Source: a virus
Taxonomy: Duplodnaviria > Caudoviricetes
Length of the DNA stretch: 32,399 bases
Virus record (IMG/VR): IMGVR_UViG_3300044676_003071
Coordinates: 1-32,399 of that record
Strand: one strand, 5' to 3'
Positions 7,547 to 17,158 of the stretch are shown here, one piece after another. The notes under the pieces are model-generated. The model searched no databases, was not told where the DNA came from, and saw only the letters and a list, made by a program, of their open reading frames with translations. A program made the translations under genes and the position numbers. Each line of letters begins with the position of its first letter. Within the stretch, counting starts at the first letter, position 1.

Positions 7547-8737
7547 ATGTCTCTTGAGTTCATCAAGCGGCAGCAGGAGGAGCGTGCCCGTGCGTGGGAG
7601 GAGGCCAAGGGTCTCCTCGACACCGCCGCTGGCGAGAAGCGCGACCTGACTGCTGCTGAGCAGGAGAAGTACGACGCAATCAACCGTGACCTTGACGACC
7701 GTGCCGCTGTGATTGAGCGTGTGCGTGCGGACGAGGAGCGCGAGATGCGTGCCGCTGAGATGCGTCTGCCCGAGGCTCCGGCCCCGGTCGCGAAGAGCGA
7801 GACGGACGCTGACATCCTTCGTTCGATGGTTCGTGGTGAGCGTCGCTCGCACACGTTTGAGCAGCGCGCGCTGAACACCAGCGACGACTCCTCTGTCGTG
7901 CCCGAGTCGTTCTACTCGACCCTTCAGCAACTCCTCGTCTACGAAGGCCCGATGCTTCGTGGCGATGTCGTCACGCTGCTGAACACGACCTCCGGCGAGA
8001 CCATCAAGGTTCCGACGCAGGCTTCGCGTTCGGTCGCGACCGCGACTGCTGAGGGCGCTATCTTCGGTGAGTCGGAGCCGACGTTCTCGTCCTTCGACCT
8101 GAAGGCGCACAAGTACGGCGCTCTCGTGGCGGTCAGTCGCGAGATTATCGAAGATGCGGGACTCAGCGGTCCTGACCTCATCGGTTTCATCGCGGGCCAG
8201 TTCGCTACGGCGATTGGTACTGCGGTGAACGCTGTCCTCACCACGGGGACCGGCACGGTTCAGCCGAACGGTATTGCGAACGCTGCCGGTTCTGCCCTCA
8301 CGGGTGGCACGGGCGTTGCCGGTGCCTTCACCGCTACGAACCTCATCACCCTCGCCCACAGCGTCGACTCCGCGTATGCGAGCCGTCCGGGTGCCGGGTT
8401 CATGATGCGTCGTGCGACGCTCGGCTCTGTCCGCGCTCTTCAGGACGGGTCCGGGCAGTTCATCTACTCAGTTGGCGCGCCGGGTCTGCCCGACACGCTG
8501 CTGGGTTACCCGGTCATCGAGAACCCCTACGTCCCGGCTGTTGCGACGGGCGCGAAGAGCGTTCTCTTCGGTGACTTCAAGTCGTACCACGTCCGTCAGG
8601 TTCGTGGTATTGAGATTGCCCGTTCGGACGACTACGGCTTCGCCAATGACCTTATTTATTGGCGCGCTGCGGTCAGGCTTGACGGAAATCTTGGACAGTC
8701 TGAGGCTGTCAAGGCGTTCTACGGCGCTGCGTCGTAA
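7547..8737 (+). CDS. HK97-fold major capsid protein with N-terminal delta (scaffold) domain
   Basis: Coiled-coil N-terminus (RDLTAAEQEKYD), AHKYGALVAVSREII, GTGTVQPNGI, TLLGYPV, LFGDF, RLDG. Confidence 0.95.
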   Translation: MSLEFIKRQQEERARAWEEAKGLLDTAAGEKRDLTAAEQEKYDAINRDLDDRAAVIERVRADEEREMRAAEMRLPEAPAPVAKSETDADILRSMVRGERRSHTFEQRALNTSDDSSVVPESFYSTLQQLLVYEGPMLRGDVVTLLNTTSGETIKVPTQASRSVATATAEGAIFGESEPTFSSFDLKAHKYGALVAVSREIIEDAGLSGPDLIGFIAGQFATAIGTAVNAVLTTGTGTVQPNGIANAAGSALTGGTGVAGAFTATNLITLAHSVDSAYASRPGAGFMMRRATLGSVRALQDGSGQFIYSVGAPGLPDTLLGYPVIENPYVPAVATGAKSVLFGDFKSYHVRQVRGIEIARSDDYGFANDLIYWRAAVRLDGNLGQSEAVKAFYGAAS

Positions 8738-8750
8738 TCGCCTAACATCT

Positions 8751-8804
8751 CCGGGGGAGGCCACTAGCGCAGGGGTGGTCTCCCCCGGAACCCTGCGACC
8801 TGCG
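8751..8804 (+). other. Hairpin/H-type pseudoknot candidate after the capsid gene
   Basis: Stem 8751-8765/8774-8788; loop CGCAGG 8768-73 is complementary to CCTGCG at 8792-97 and 8799-8804. Confidence 0.6.
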
Positions 8805-8823
8805 ACGACAATCGAGCCTGCAC

Positions 8824-9981
8824 ATGAAGCCTGCGATTCATTGGTGGTCGAACTCTCCACACGCGCCGACCGGCTATGGCACTCAGACGAAGGCCGTCGC
8901 GCACCGGCTGGCGAACGCCGGGTTCCCCACGTCTATCGGCGCGAACTATGGCGCGGAGACGGTTGGGATTGACGACCGGACGAAGGCCGGGAAACCGTGT
9001 CCCATCTACCCACGCGGCTTCGACCCGTATTCGCAGGACACCATCGTCGCGCATTGGCGTGATTGGGCGCGAAAGCACAAGGACCGCCCCTGCCATCTTG
9101 CGACGCTCTACGACTCGTGGGTGCTGAAGAACCCGGAGTTGCTCACGCAGGATATGGGCCACATCTTCTCGTGGACACCGATTGACCACATTACGGTCCC
9201 GAAGGATGTTGCGGCATGGTGTGCGCGTCCGCAGGTGACAGCAGTTGCAATGTCCAAGCACGGGCAGGAGGCGCTTGCCAAGCGTGACATCGACTCCGTC
9301 TACATCCCTCACACGGTTGAGAAGGTGTTCGCGCCTACGGATGGCGGCGGCGCTGTGATGCAGGTGCCGGACGACCACTTCGTTGTGATGATGAACGCAG
9401 CGAACAAGGGGATTGCCCCAACCCGAAAAGCGTTCACGGAAAATCTGCTTGCGATGTCTGCGTTTATGAAGGCGCACGATGACGTTTCTCTTTATCTGCA
9501 CACGGAGCTCCACATGAGCGGCGGCATCAACTTGCCGGAACTCATCGAGCATTGCGGTCTGCCGAAGGAACGGATTCACGCGCCGAACGCATACGCCTAC
9601 CGGATGGGCGGTTACACGGACTCAGACCTTGCCGCGATGTATTCCCGTGCGGACGTTCTGCTTGCGGTGAGCATGGGCGAGGGTTTCGGCATCCCGACGA
9701 TTGAGGCGCAGGCGTGCGGCACTCGTGTTATCGGGTCGAACGCTGCGGCTACGCCGGAGTTGCTCGCCGATGATTGCTGGGCTGTCGAGGGGCAGCCGGA
9801 GTGGAATCCGATGCAGTCGGCGTTTTGGTTCCGTCCTCACATCCGTCCGATTGTGGATGCGCTGGAGGAGGCGTACAACGCGCCGCGCGGACCTTCGCAG
9901 CAGTGCATTGAGAAGGCGAAGGAGTATGCGGCAGAGACGGTCGTGAAGCGCGACTGGTTCCCGATGTTGGAGGCGGCATGA
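8824..9981 (+). CDS. Glycosyltransferase, GT4-like (GT-B fold)
   Basis: N-terminal SNSPHAPTGYG; EGFGIPTIEAQACG (E-x7-E) signature. Confidence 0.9.
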   Translation: MKPAIHWWSNSPHAPTGYGTQTKAVAHRLANAGFPTSIGANYGAETVGIDDRTKAGKPCPIYPRGFDPYSQDTIVAHWRDWARKHKDRPCHLATLYDSWVLKNPELLTQDMGHIFSWTPIDHITVPKDVAAWCARPQVTAVAMSKHGQEALAKRDIDSVYIPHTVEKVFAPTDGGGAVMQVPDDHFVVMMNAANKGIAPTRKAFTENLLAMSAFMKAHDDVSLYLHTELHMSGGINLPELIEHCGLPKERIHAPNAYAYRMGGYTDSDLAAMYSRADVLLAVSMGEGFGIPTIEAQACGTRVIGSNAAATPELLADDCWAVEGQPEWNPMQSAFWFRPHIRPIVDALEEAYNAPRGPSQQCIEKAKEYAAETVVKRDWFPMLEAA

Positions 9982-10871
9982 GACATCTTGTGACGGGTGG
10001 GCTGGGATTCATCGGGCAGCATCTTGTCGACCTGCTGCTCGTGCGCGGCGATGACGTGCTGATTGTTGACGACAACAGGGCCGGGAATCCGGTTCGTGAC
10101 GACTGCGAGGTGCTTCAAGACACGTTCGGGTCGTGGGACTACTACGAACAGTTCGCTGCCGTGTGGCATCTTGCCAGCCCGGTCGGGCCGGTCGGGGTTC
10201 TGAATCAGGCCGGTCGCATCACGGGTGAGGTGTTCCGGGGTGCGGAGAACGCCGCGATGCTTGCGATGCGCTCTGACGTGCCGCTCATTCATGTGTCGAC
10301 GAGCGAGGTGTATGGCGGTGGGGACCGTGGCTTGTGCGCTGAGGACATGGACTGCCGGGTGTCGACGAACCTGTCTGCGCGGCTGGAGTATCAGACGGCG
10401 AAGTTGGCGGTCGAGGTAATGCTTCAGAACACGGACGGGCTAGACGCGCGCATCATCCGTCCTTTCAATGTTTCGGGTGCAGGGCAGAAGCCGGAGGGCG
10501 GTTTCGTTCTGCCACGGTGGAAGCAGCAGTTGCAGACCGGGCAGGCGCTTACGGTCTACGCGCCGGGTACTCAGCGGCGTGCGATGACCCATGTCCATGA
10601 CATTGTCGAGGGGATGTATGCCGTATGGCAGATGGGTGAGCCGGGGCTGTGGAATCTCGGCAACCCGGACAACGTCATCTCCATGGTCGACCTTGCTGAC
10701 CTGTTCGTAGATGTTGCCGGGGGACGTTGGGAAATGGTTGACCCCATCGAGCTGCACGGCGCGAAGTTTGTCGAGGCGGCAGAGAAGTTCCCTGATGCGA
10801 CGAAGGCGATGTCGCTGGGTTGGAATCCGTCGCGTTCGCTGCGCGAGATTGTCGAGGACGTGCTGCTGTGA
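9978..10871 (+). CDS. NAD-dependent nucleotide-sugar epimerase/dehydratase (extended SDR, UDP-glucuronate decarboxylase-like)
   Basis: VTGGLGFIG, HLASPVG, STSEVYG, YQTAK (YxxxK), IRPFNV. Confidence 0.9.
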   Translation: MRHLVTGGLGFIGQHLVDLLLVRGDDVLIVDDNRAGNPVRDDCEVLQDTFGSWDYYEQFAAVWHLASPVGPVGVLNQAGRITGEVFRGAENAAMLAMRSDVPLIHVSTSEVYGGGDRGLCAEDMDCRVSTNLSARLEYQTAKLAVEVMLQNTDGLDARIIRPFNVSGAGQKPEGGFVLPRWKQQLQTGQALTVYAPGTQRRAMTHVHDIVEGMYAVWQMGEPGLWNLGNPDNVISMVDLADLFVDVAGGRWEMVDPIELHGAKFVEAAEKFPDATKAMSLGWNPSRSLREIVEDVLL

Positions 10872-11566
10872 TTCCGCTGCTTGGCGTTCCGGTCCTGAAC
10901 CGTGAGGACTTGGCAGCGCGCATGGTGCGGTCGGTCGACCATCCCGTGAACGAACTCCTTGTCGTGGTGAACGCTTCCGATAAGGAGAAGGTTGTCAGCA
11001 CGATTCGCGAGGCTGCGGACGACAATCCGGCTATTCGGAACACGACATTCTCGCTACCGTCTTTCAACCTTGGGTGTGGCGGTTCGTGGAATCACATCAT
11101 CCGTCATCGTCCGGTCGGCCCTTGGTGGTTGATTGTGAACGCCGACATCGAGTTTGCACCGGGCGACCTTGACCGGCTGACAGAGACGATGGTGCCGGAG
11201 CCGATGGTCGCGACCTTGTTTGAGTTTGGTGCGTTCGCGCCGAACGCGGCGGCGGTCGACCGGGTGGGCTGGTTCGACGAGAACCTGCACCCGATGTATT
11301 TTGAGGACAATGATTACAAGCGTCGGATGTCTATTGCAGGCGTCCCCTATCTTCGGGTTGACAGCCGGACGCGGCATGACAACAGCAGCACTATCGGGTC
11401 GGACGCGCGTCTTGCTCTGCGTAATCAGGAGACGTTCGGCCTGAACGCCGTCTACTATTTGGAGAAGTGGGGTGGGCCACCCGGCAGGGAGACCTTCACC
11501 GTCCCGTTCGATGACGGTGGGGAAATCCCGGTGTCGCGTGCTCGTCTCGCAAGTCAGGCGTGGTAG
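10868..11566 (+). CDS. Glycosyltransferase, GT2-like (GT-A fold)
   Basis: GTGA overlap; VPVLNR, NLGCGGSWN, IVNAD, GWFDENLHPMYFEDND. Confidence 0.85.
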   Translation: MIPLLGVPVLNREDLAARMVRSVDHPVNELLVVVNASDKEKVVSTIREAADDNPAIRNTTFSLPSFNLGCGGSWNHIIRHRPVGPWWLIVNADIEFAPGDLDRLTETMVPEPMVATLFEFGAFAPNAAAVDRVGWFDENLHPMYFEDNDYKRRMSIAGVPYLRVDSRTRHDNSSTIGSDARLALRNQETFGLNAVYYLEKWGGPPGRETFTVPFDDGGEIPVSRARLASQAW

Positions 11567-11597
11567 GCGTGTATCCTGACGTGATTGGAGGTCGCTA

Positions 11598-12191
11598 ATG
11601 GCAGACTACGCATCGCTTTCGGAACTGAAGACTGCGCTTCGGATTACCGATTCCGTGGATGACACGCCGCTTCAGGCGGTCCTCACGTCTGCGTCGCGGT
11701 TTGTCGACCAGTATTGCCAGCGTGACTTCACGGTCGCTTCGGGTACTGCGACCCGTGACTATGTGCCGACGGGCCGGTGGGAGTCGGTTGCGATTGACGA
11801 CGCGACGAGCATCGTCTCTGTCAAGATTGACGAAGACCTTGACCAGTCCTTCGGTGTCACGCTGAACTCCGTCGACTATCAGCCGGAGCCGGTCAACCGT
11901 CTCGTTTCGGACAATGACTGGGTCTACACGCGGCTCATTCCGATTGAGGACGGCTACTGGCCCACTTGGGAGGGCCGTGCGACCGTGCGTGTGGAGGCGA
12001 CGTTCGGCTGGCCTGCCGTGCCGGAGCCGGTCAAGACCGCGACGATTCTTCAGGCGGCACGCCTTTGGACCCGTTACGACTCTCCGCTTGGCGTCGCAGG
12101 CTTTGGCGAGATGGGTGCGATGCGCGTCTCTTTCAAGGCTGACCCGGACGTACAAATGCTCCTTCAGCCGTACCGTCGAGTGCACATCTGA
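11598..12191 (+). CDS. Head-tail connector/adaptor
   Basis: YASLSELKTALRI...ASRFVDQYCQR...GWPAVPEPVKTA...LLQPYR; GGAGG RBS. Confidence 0.85.
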   Translation: MADYASLSELKTALRITDSVDDTPLQAVLTSASRFVDQYCQRDFTVASGTATRDYVPTGRWESVAIDDATSIVSVKIDEDLDQSFGVTLNSVDYQPEPVNRLVSDNDWVYTRLIPIEDGYWPTWEGRATVRVEATFGWPAVPEPVKTATILQAARLWTRYDSPLGVAGFGEMGAMRVSFKADPDVQMLLQPYRRVHI

Positions 12192-12589
12192 TGGCATCTG
12201 TCGCCGCGATTCGCACCGCGCTTGCCACGTCGATGTCGTCCATCTCTGGGCTGCGAACGTCCGCGACCGTTCCTGACGCGCCCCGACCGCCGCAGGCCAT
12301 CGTCATGCCTGACCGCATCGACTACGACCTTGACATGGTGCGTGGCGCTGACCGCTTCTATTTCACGATTATTTTGCTGGTAGCTCGTGCGGACGACCGG
12401 GCTGCTCAGAACAATCTTGATGGATACATCACCGGCGCGTCGTCCATCAAATCCGCTATCGAGTCCGACCGGACTCTTGGCGGCGTAGTTGACACGGTGC
12501 GTGTGACGCAGATGCGTAACTACGCTGCCGTCTCTGTTGGTGAAGTTCTTTATCTTGGTGCAGAGTTCGACGTGGAGGTTGTGGCATGA
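12191..12589 (+). CDS. Tail terminator/completion-like protein
   Basis: Position between adaptor and tail tube; AIESDRTLGGVV motif. Confidence 0.65.
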   Translation: MASVAAIRTALATSMSSISGLRTSATVPDAPRPPQAIVMPDRIDYDLDMVRGADRFYFTIILLVARADDRAAQNNLDGYITGASSIKSAIESDRTLGGVVDTVRVTQMRNYAAVSVGEVLYLGAEFDVEVVA

Positions 12590-12783
12590 GTTGGACGGTT
12601 ACTTCGGGCCGTCTCCGGTGGGCTGAGGGCACTCGTCTTTCGGAGTCGGACCTTGCAGGGTGTAACATTGAGGCGCTGGTTCAGGGTGGTCATCTTGCTC
12701 CGGCATCGGACAACTATAAGAAGAGGCAGCCGGTTGCCCCGGTGCCGGACATGACGGCTGACGAGCCGAAGGAGCAGGACTAA
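12586..12783 (+). CDS. Hypothetical protein (65 aa)
   Basis: Coupled to both neighbours, GGAGG RBS; NIEALVQGGHL motif. Confidence 0.65.
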   Translation: MSWTVTSGRLRWAEGTRLSESDLAGCNIEALVQGGHLAPASDNYKKRQPVAPVPDMTADEPKEQD

Positions 12784-13190
12784 TGGCGCGCATCGTTCTT
12801 ACGAACGCTGGCGTGGTTCTTGGAGGCGTTGACCTTTCGGACCACGTCGCTCAGGTCGAGGTCAATCAGACTTTCGACGAGGTCGAGACCACCGCGTTTG
12901 GTGACGGGGGCCGTACCCGTGTCGCTGGGCTGGAGGACTCTTCCATCACCCTCTCTTTCCATCAGGACTTCGCTGCTGCCAGCGTGGACGCGACCATCGC
13001 GCCGCTCATCGGTGGGACTGCGTCGTTCGACATTTACCCGAACGGCACCAGCGTCGGCGCGACGAACCCGTCCTACTCCGGCACGGTCCTTCTTACGGAA
13101 TGGTCCGGCGTCGCTGGGAGTGTGGGTGACCTCCTCGTGGTAGACGTGACGTGGCCTGTGAGTGGTCAGGTGACGAGGGCGACCGCGTGA
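12783..13190 (+). CDS. Major tail tube protein
   Basis: VDLSDHV, VETTAFGD...VAGL, NPSYSG; upstream of chaperone and tape measure. Confidence 0.8.
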   Translation: MARIVLTNAGVVLGGVDLSDHVAQVEVNQTFDEVETTAFGDGGRTRVAGLEDSSITLSFHQDFAAASVDATIAPLIGGTASFDIYPNGTSVGATNPSYSGTVLLTEWSGVAGSVGDLLVVDVTWPVSGQVTRATA

Positions 13191-13471
13191 TTTCCCTCAA
13201 CCTGCGCGTCACTACCGACAAGTCAACAGACAACTACACGGTTGGGCCGAAGATTCAGGTCGCCTTTGAGCGTGAGTTCAAGGTCGGTCTGCCGAAGGCT
13301 TTCGCCGCAGACCAAAAGATGGAGCATCTCTACTGGTTGGCGTGGAAGTGCGCCTCTGAGAGTGCCAAGTCCGGCGGTCCTGCGGTGAAGCCCTTCGACG
13401 GCTGGTTGGACACGGTCGAGTCCGTCGAGGTCGTGGGGGTAGACGAAGACCCTTTGTCCCCAACGGGATGA
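13187..13471 (+). CDS. Tail assembly chaperone (gpG-like)
   Basis: GTGA overlap with the tail tube stop; slippery heptamer near the 3' end. Confidence 0.75.
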   Translation: MISLNLRVTTDKSTDNYTVGPKIQVAFEREFKVGLPKAFAADQKMEHLYWLAWKCASESAKSGGPAVKPFDGWLDTVESVEVVGVDEDPLSPTG

Positions 13472-13608
13472 CGATGCTGGTCGCGCAGATGTCTGTCGCG
13501 ACCGGAATCGCTCCCAACGACCTGATGGACGCACCGCCCGAAGTGTTCAAGGCGATGGTGAAGGTTCTGTCTGACCGGGGAAAGAAGCAGGGTCGACGGC
13601 GTGCCTAA
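13450..13608 (+). CDS. -1 frame extension of the tail assembly chaperone (gpT-like); absent from the ORF track
   Basis: C CCT TTG at 13450-56 is in X XXY YYZ phase; the -1 frame reads FVPNGMTMLVAQMSVATGIAPNDLMDAPPEVFKAMVKVLSDRGKKQGRRRA*. Confidence 0.75.
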   Translation, partial: PFVPNGMTMLVAQMSVATGIAPNDLMDAPPEVFKAMVKVLSDRGKKQGRRRA

Positions 13609-14269
13609 TGTGTATGGCCTTGGCAGGCTTGAAGCGGACCTGAACGGCGTTCGGGTCGACAACATCCGTGCGACTATCCGTGAACTGAACCTGTTCGCTC
13701 CTGAGTTGAAGAAGGAGATGGACCGGGAAATCAAGCAGATTACGGAACCGTTCGTACAGCGTGCCCGTGGGTATGCGAAGCAGGCCGGAAGTTCCGACGG
13801 TGCTCCGCTGTCACGTTGGAATGACACGCCACGCCTTCCGGGGTCTCGCGGTTCCTACGCTCCGAATCAGGGCAAGTCTGGTGGCAAGCGGTGGGAGTAC
13901 GACCGTCTCCGTTGGAACACGGGGGCTGTGACTCGCGGCATCCGGTCGGGTCCGGGCGGCTTCAAGTTCGCGAACAATCTGAATCTTGGCACGTCGGACA
14001 AGTGGACGAGCCTGTGGTCTATCCGTAACAGCAACGCTGCCGGTGCCGTATTTGAGTTGTCAGGTTCGGGTGCTGCGTCGACGCCGATGGTTGGCAACAT
14101 TCGTTCGCGTCATGGCAGGTCGCACCGTCTTATTTGGCGTGCGTGGGACGAGCTACGCGGCGTGACCTTCGTGCCGCGCGAGGTCGAAGATGTCGTCGCG
14201 CAGTATGTCGACAACTTCAACCGGGGTCTGAAGGTTGTCAAGCCTGCCCGGTATTCCGGTAAGGCGTAG
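13601..14269 (+). CDS. Putative HK97 gp10-like tail/neck component
   Basis: Basic protein, VDNIRATIRELNLFAPELKKEMD...AGAVFE...RLIWRAW; family assignment by resemblance only. Confidence 0.55.
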   Translation: MPNVYGLGRLEADLNGVRVDNIRATIRELNLFAPELKKEMDREIKQITEPFVQRARGYAKQAGSSDGAPLSRWNDTPRLPGSRGSYAPNQGKSGGKRWEYDRLRWNTGAVTRGIRSGPGGFKFANNLNLGTSDKWTSLWSIRNSNAAGAVFELSGSGAASTPMVGNIRSRHGRSHRLIWRAWDELRGVTFVPREVEDVVAQYVDNFNRGLKVVKPARYSGKA

Positions 14270-14317
14270 TCGGCCTGTACCTTTGCTGATTATGTAGTCC
14301 GTCTGTAGGAGCGGCCC

Positions 14318-17158
14318 GTGTCAGTCAAAATCAACATTGGGGTTGCCTACAACGGTAGGAACATCAAGAAGTCGTGGGCTGACCTTCAGCGTCTAGCCCG
14401 TCAAGCGGACACCACTTCAGCGCGCATCAAGGTTCTTGGCGCGCAGATGCAGTTGGTCGGCAGGACGATGACTTCTGTGGGTCAGACGATGACCCGGAAG
14501 GTGTCGATGCCGCTGGCGCTTATCGGCGGTTATGCGGTCAAGACTGCTGCGGAGTTTGAGACTTCCTTCGCAAAGATTCAGGGTCTCGTCGGCGTGTCTG
14601 CGTCGGAGATTGGGGAACTTGAAGAGGCGGCGGCGCGTCTTGGACCGGCGACCGGGCGTTCGTCGAATGAGGCGGCTGAGGCGCTGTTCTTCATCACGTC
14701 TGCCGGTCTGCGTGGTGCGGAGGCGATTGAGACTCTTGAAGCGTCGCTGAAGGCAAGCGCTATCGGGCTGGGTGAGACGGCGGTTGTCGCGGACCTTGTC
14801 ACTTCTGCGACGAACGCTTACGGCTCTTCGGTTCTGTCTGCGACCCGTGCGACGGACACGCTGACTGCTGCTGTCCGTTACGGAAAGTTGGAGCCTGCCG
14901 ACCTTGCCGGGTCGATGGGCATGGTGCTGCCGGTCGCGTCTGCGATGGGCGTTTCGTTCGACGAAGTCGGTGCGGCGTTCGCTGCAATGTCCCGTACTGG
15001 TACGGATGCGTCGACGGCTGCGACCCAGTTGCGGCAGATTCTCGCGACCATCCTGAACCCGACGAAGGAAGCGCGTGACGAACTAGAGAAGTACGGGCTT
15101 TCGGCGCAGGGGCTTCGCCAGCAGTTGCGCGAGCGTGGGCTGCTGTCGGTTCTTCAGACGCTCACGTCGACGCTGGGCCTGAATGACGACGCCATTGCCA
15201 AGGTCTTCGGGAACATCCGCGCCCTGTCCGGTGTGCTCGACCTTATGGGGTCGAACGTGCAGGCCACGGAGCAGATTTTTGCTGACATGGCGAACACGAC
15301 GGGGATGCTTGACGATGCGTTTGCTATCACGGCTGAGACATCGGCGTTCAAGTTTCAGCGCGCCCTTTCGGAACTGAAGGAAACGCTCCGTGGCGTTGGC
15401 GAGACGCTGATGCCAATCGTGCAGCGAATCATCGACGGCGTGCAGGGGCTTATCGACCGTTTCAATGCGCTGTCCCCTGCCCAGCAGGACATCATTGTGC
15501 AGATGGCAGGGCTGGCGGCTCTGACCGGACCTGTGATGATGTTCGTCGGCAATCTGCTTTCGGGCATTGGTCTGCTGATTATCGCAATGGGCAAGATGAC
15601 TATCGCGACCGCGCTGGCAACCGGAGGTCTTTCCCTTCTCGCAGGACTTATCGGGTTGGCGATTTGGAAGTCGGCAGCAGGGGAGTCGGACAAGCGCGCG
15701 ACTGCGCTGGAACTAGAAGCGGAGGCTGCCGACCTTGCGGCTGCCGGATACCACGCGATGGCAGAGGCGCGGCTCGCGGACGCTGCGGCAGCGCGCGCTC
15801 AGGCCGACCAGTCAGACAACGAGATTCGCAGGTTCACAAATCAGGCTGAAGCGCAGCGGCGAGCGCGTGCGGAACAGGAGGCTGCTGCTGCTGCGGCGGC
15901 TGCGCTTGAAGAGGCGATGGCGTCGCTGGGTCTCGCTACCGATGACACGACGGATAGTGTCGGCGCGTCAGGCCCGAAGGTCGTTGCGCTCACCAGTTAC
16001 ATGCGCGACCTTCTGCAAGAACTCAATCAAACGCACGTTGGTGCCGGGGACGCTGGCGACGCTATCGCCCAGTTCTCCCGTGAAGTTCTCGCGATGGGCA
16101 GCATCACGGAGGAGACCGTCCGTGGCGCACAAAAGCTCGCGCAGGTCATCAAGCAGGACATCGACCGTTCGCTTGCAGATGCCAACCGTCGTCTAGAAGA
16201 GGCGACGAAGAAGTTTGAGGATTATCGCGACGCCATCGCTGAGGGCATTACGCAGGGTAACCGCCTGTCGGATGCTGCGTCTTCGCAGTCGACGGCGATT
16301 GAGCAGTTGGCGCAGGCGCAGCAGGCGTATCAGGATGCGCTTGCGTCGGAAGACCCGGAGCGTATTGCTAAGGCTGCGGAGCAGTTGGAGGACGCGAAGG
16401 ACGCTCAGGGTTCGTTCGTCGAGTTCTTGCAGACGGGTCTTACGACGGCTGAGGGTTTTGCGAATCAGATTGACACGCTGCGTCTTGCCGGTGCCTCGAT
16501 GCAGGTGGTGCAGGAGATTGCGGAACTTGGTGCGCGCACCGGGGGCCGGATTGCTGCGGAACTTCTTGCTGGCGGTGCGGCGGCGATTGAGCAGGCGAAC
16601 GCGCTGGTTGCGGCGACGGAGGCTGCGGCCCGTCGTGCTGGGGATGCTGCGGCACAGCAGTTCTACGGGGCCGGTGTGCGTGCGGCTCAGGGGTTTGTCG
16701 CTGCGGTTGAGGCTTCTATCCCAGCGTTGCAGGGTGTCCTTGACCGGATTGCCGACATGATTGAGGCGGCTTTGGGCGAGCGTCCCGATGTTCGCATCGA
16801 CGGGTCACAGGGTCCGTTCGTACAGTCGTCGCAACCGTCAGGTCCGGTCAGGAACCGGATGGGGAACTTGCCTTTCGTTCCTGACCCGTCTGCTCCGCTG
16901 CCGAAACTTCCGGCAGGTTTGGAGTGGGGCATCGGTGGACTTCCGGCGCTGGCAGAGGGCGGCATCGTGATGGGTCCGACGCTCGCGCTTATCGGTGAGG
17001 CTGGGCCGGAGGCGGTCGTGCCGCTGAGTCGTGGCATGGGTGGCGGTCAGACCATCGTGAATGTGACGGTCACGTCGGCAGACCCACAGGCGGTTGTCGA
17101 GGCGATTCGTCGTTACACCCGGTCGAACGGGCCGCTTGGTAGTTCGGTAACGCTGTGA
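14318..17158 (+). CDS. Tape measure protein (TP901-like core)
   Basis: 946 aa, Ala-rich and helical; EAAEALFFITSAG, FDEVGAAFAAM; C-terminal LAEGGIV.GPTLALIGEAGPEAVVPL. Confidence 0.95.
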   Translation: MSVKINIGVAYNGRNIKKSWADLQRLARQADTTSARIKVLGAQMQLVGRTMTSVGQTMTRKVSMPLALIGGYAVKTAAEFETSFAKIQGLVGVSASEIGELEEAAARLGPATGRSSNEAAEALFFITSAGLRGAEAIETLEASLKASAIGLGETAVVADLVTSATNAYGSSVLSATRATDTLTAAVRYGKLEPADLAGSMGMVLPVASAMGVSFDEVGAAFAAMSRTGTDASTAATQLRQILATILNPTKEARDELEKYGLSAQGLRQQLRERGLLSVLQTLTSTLGLNDDAIAKVFGNIRALSGVLDLMGSNVQATEQIFADMANTTGMLDDAFAITAETSAFKFQRALSELKETLRGVGETLMPIVQRIIDGVQGLIDRFNALSPAQQDIIVQMAGLAALTGPVMMFVGNLLSGIGLLIIAMGKMTIATALATGGLSLLAGLIGLAIWKSAAGESDKRATALELEAEAADLAAAGYHAMAEARLADAAAARAQADQSDNEIRRFTNQAEAQRRARAEQEAAAAAAAALEEAMASLGLATDDTTDSVGASGPKVVALTSYMRDLLQELNQTHVGAGDAGDAIAQFSREVLAMGSITEETVRGAQKLAQVIKQDIDRSLADANRRLEEATKKFEDYRDAIAEGITQGNRLSDAASSQSTAIEQLAQAQQAYQDALASEDPERIAKAAEQLEDAKDAQGSFVEFLQTGLTTAEGFANQIDTLRLAGASMQVVQEIAELGARTGGRIAAELLAGGAAAIEQANALVAATEAAARRAGDAAAQQFYGAGVRAAQGFVAAVEASIPALQGVLDRIADMIEAALGERPDVRIDGSQGPFVQSSQPSGPVRNRMGNLPFVPDPSAPLPKLPAGLEWGIGGLPALAEGGIVMGPTLALIGEAGPEAVVPLSRGMGGGQTIVNVTVTSADPQAVVEAIRRYTRSNGPLGSSVTL

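Noticed and set aside
15690-15930. GCN-rich repetitive stretch in the tape measure gene
   Set aside because: Explained by Ala-rich helical coding sequence.
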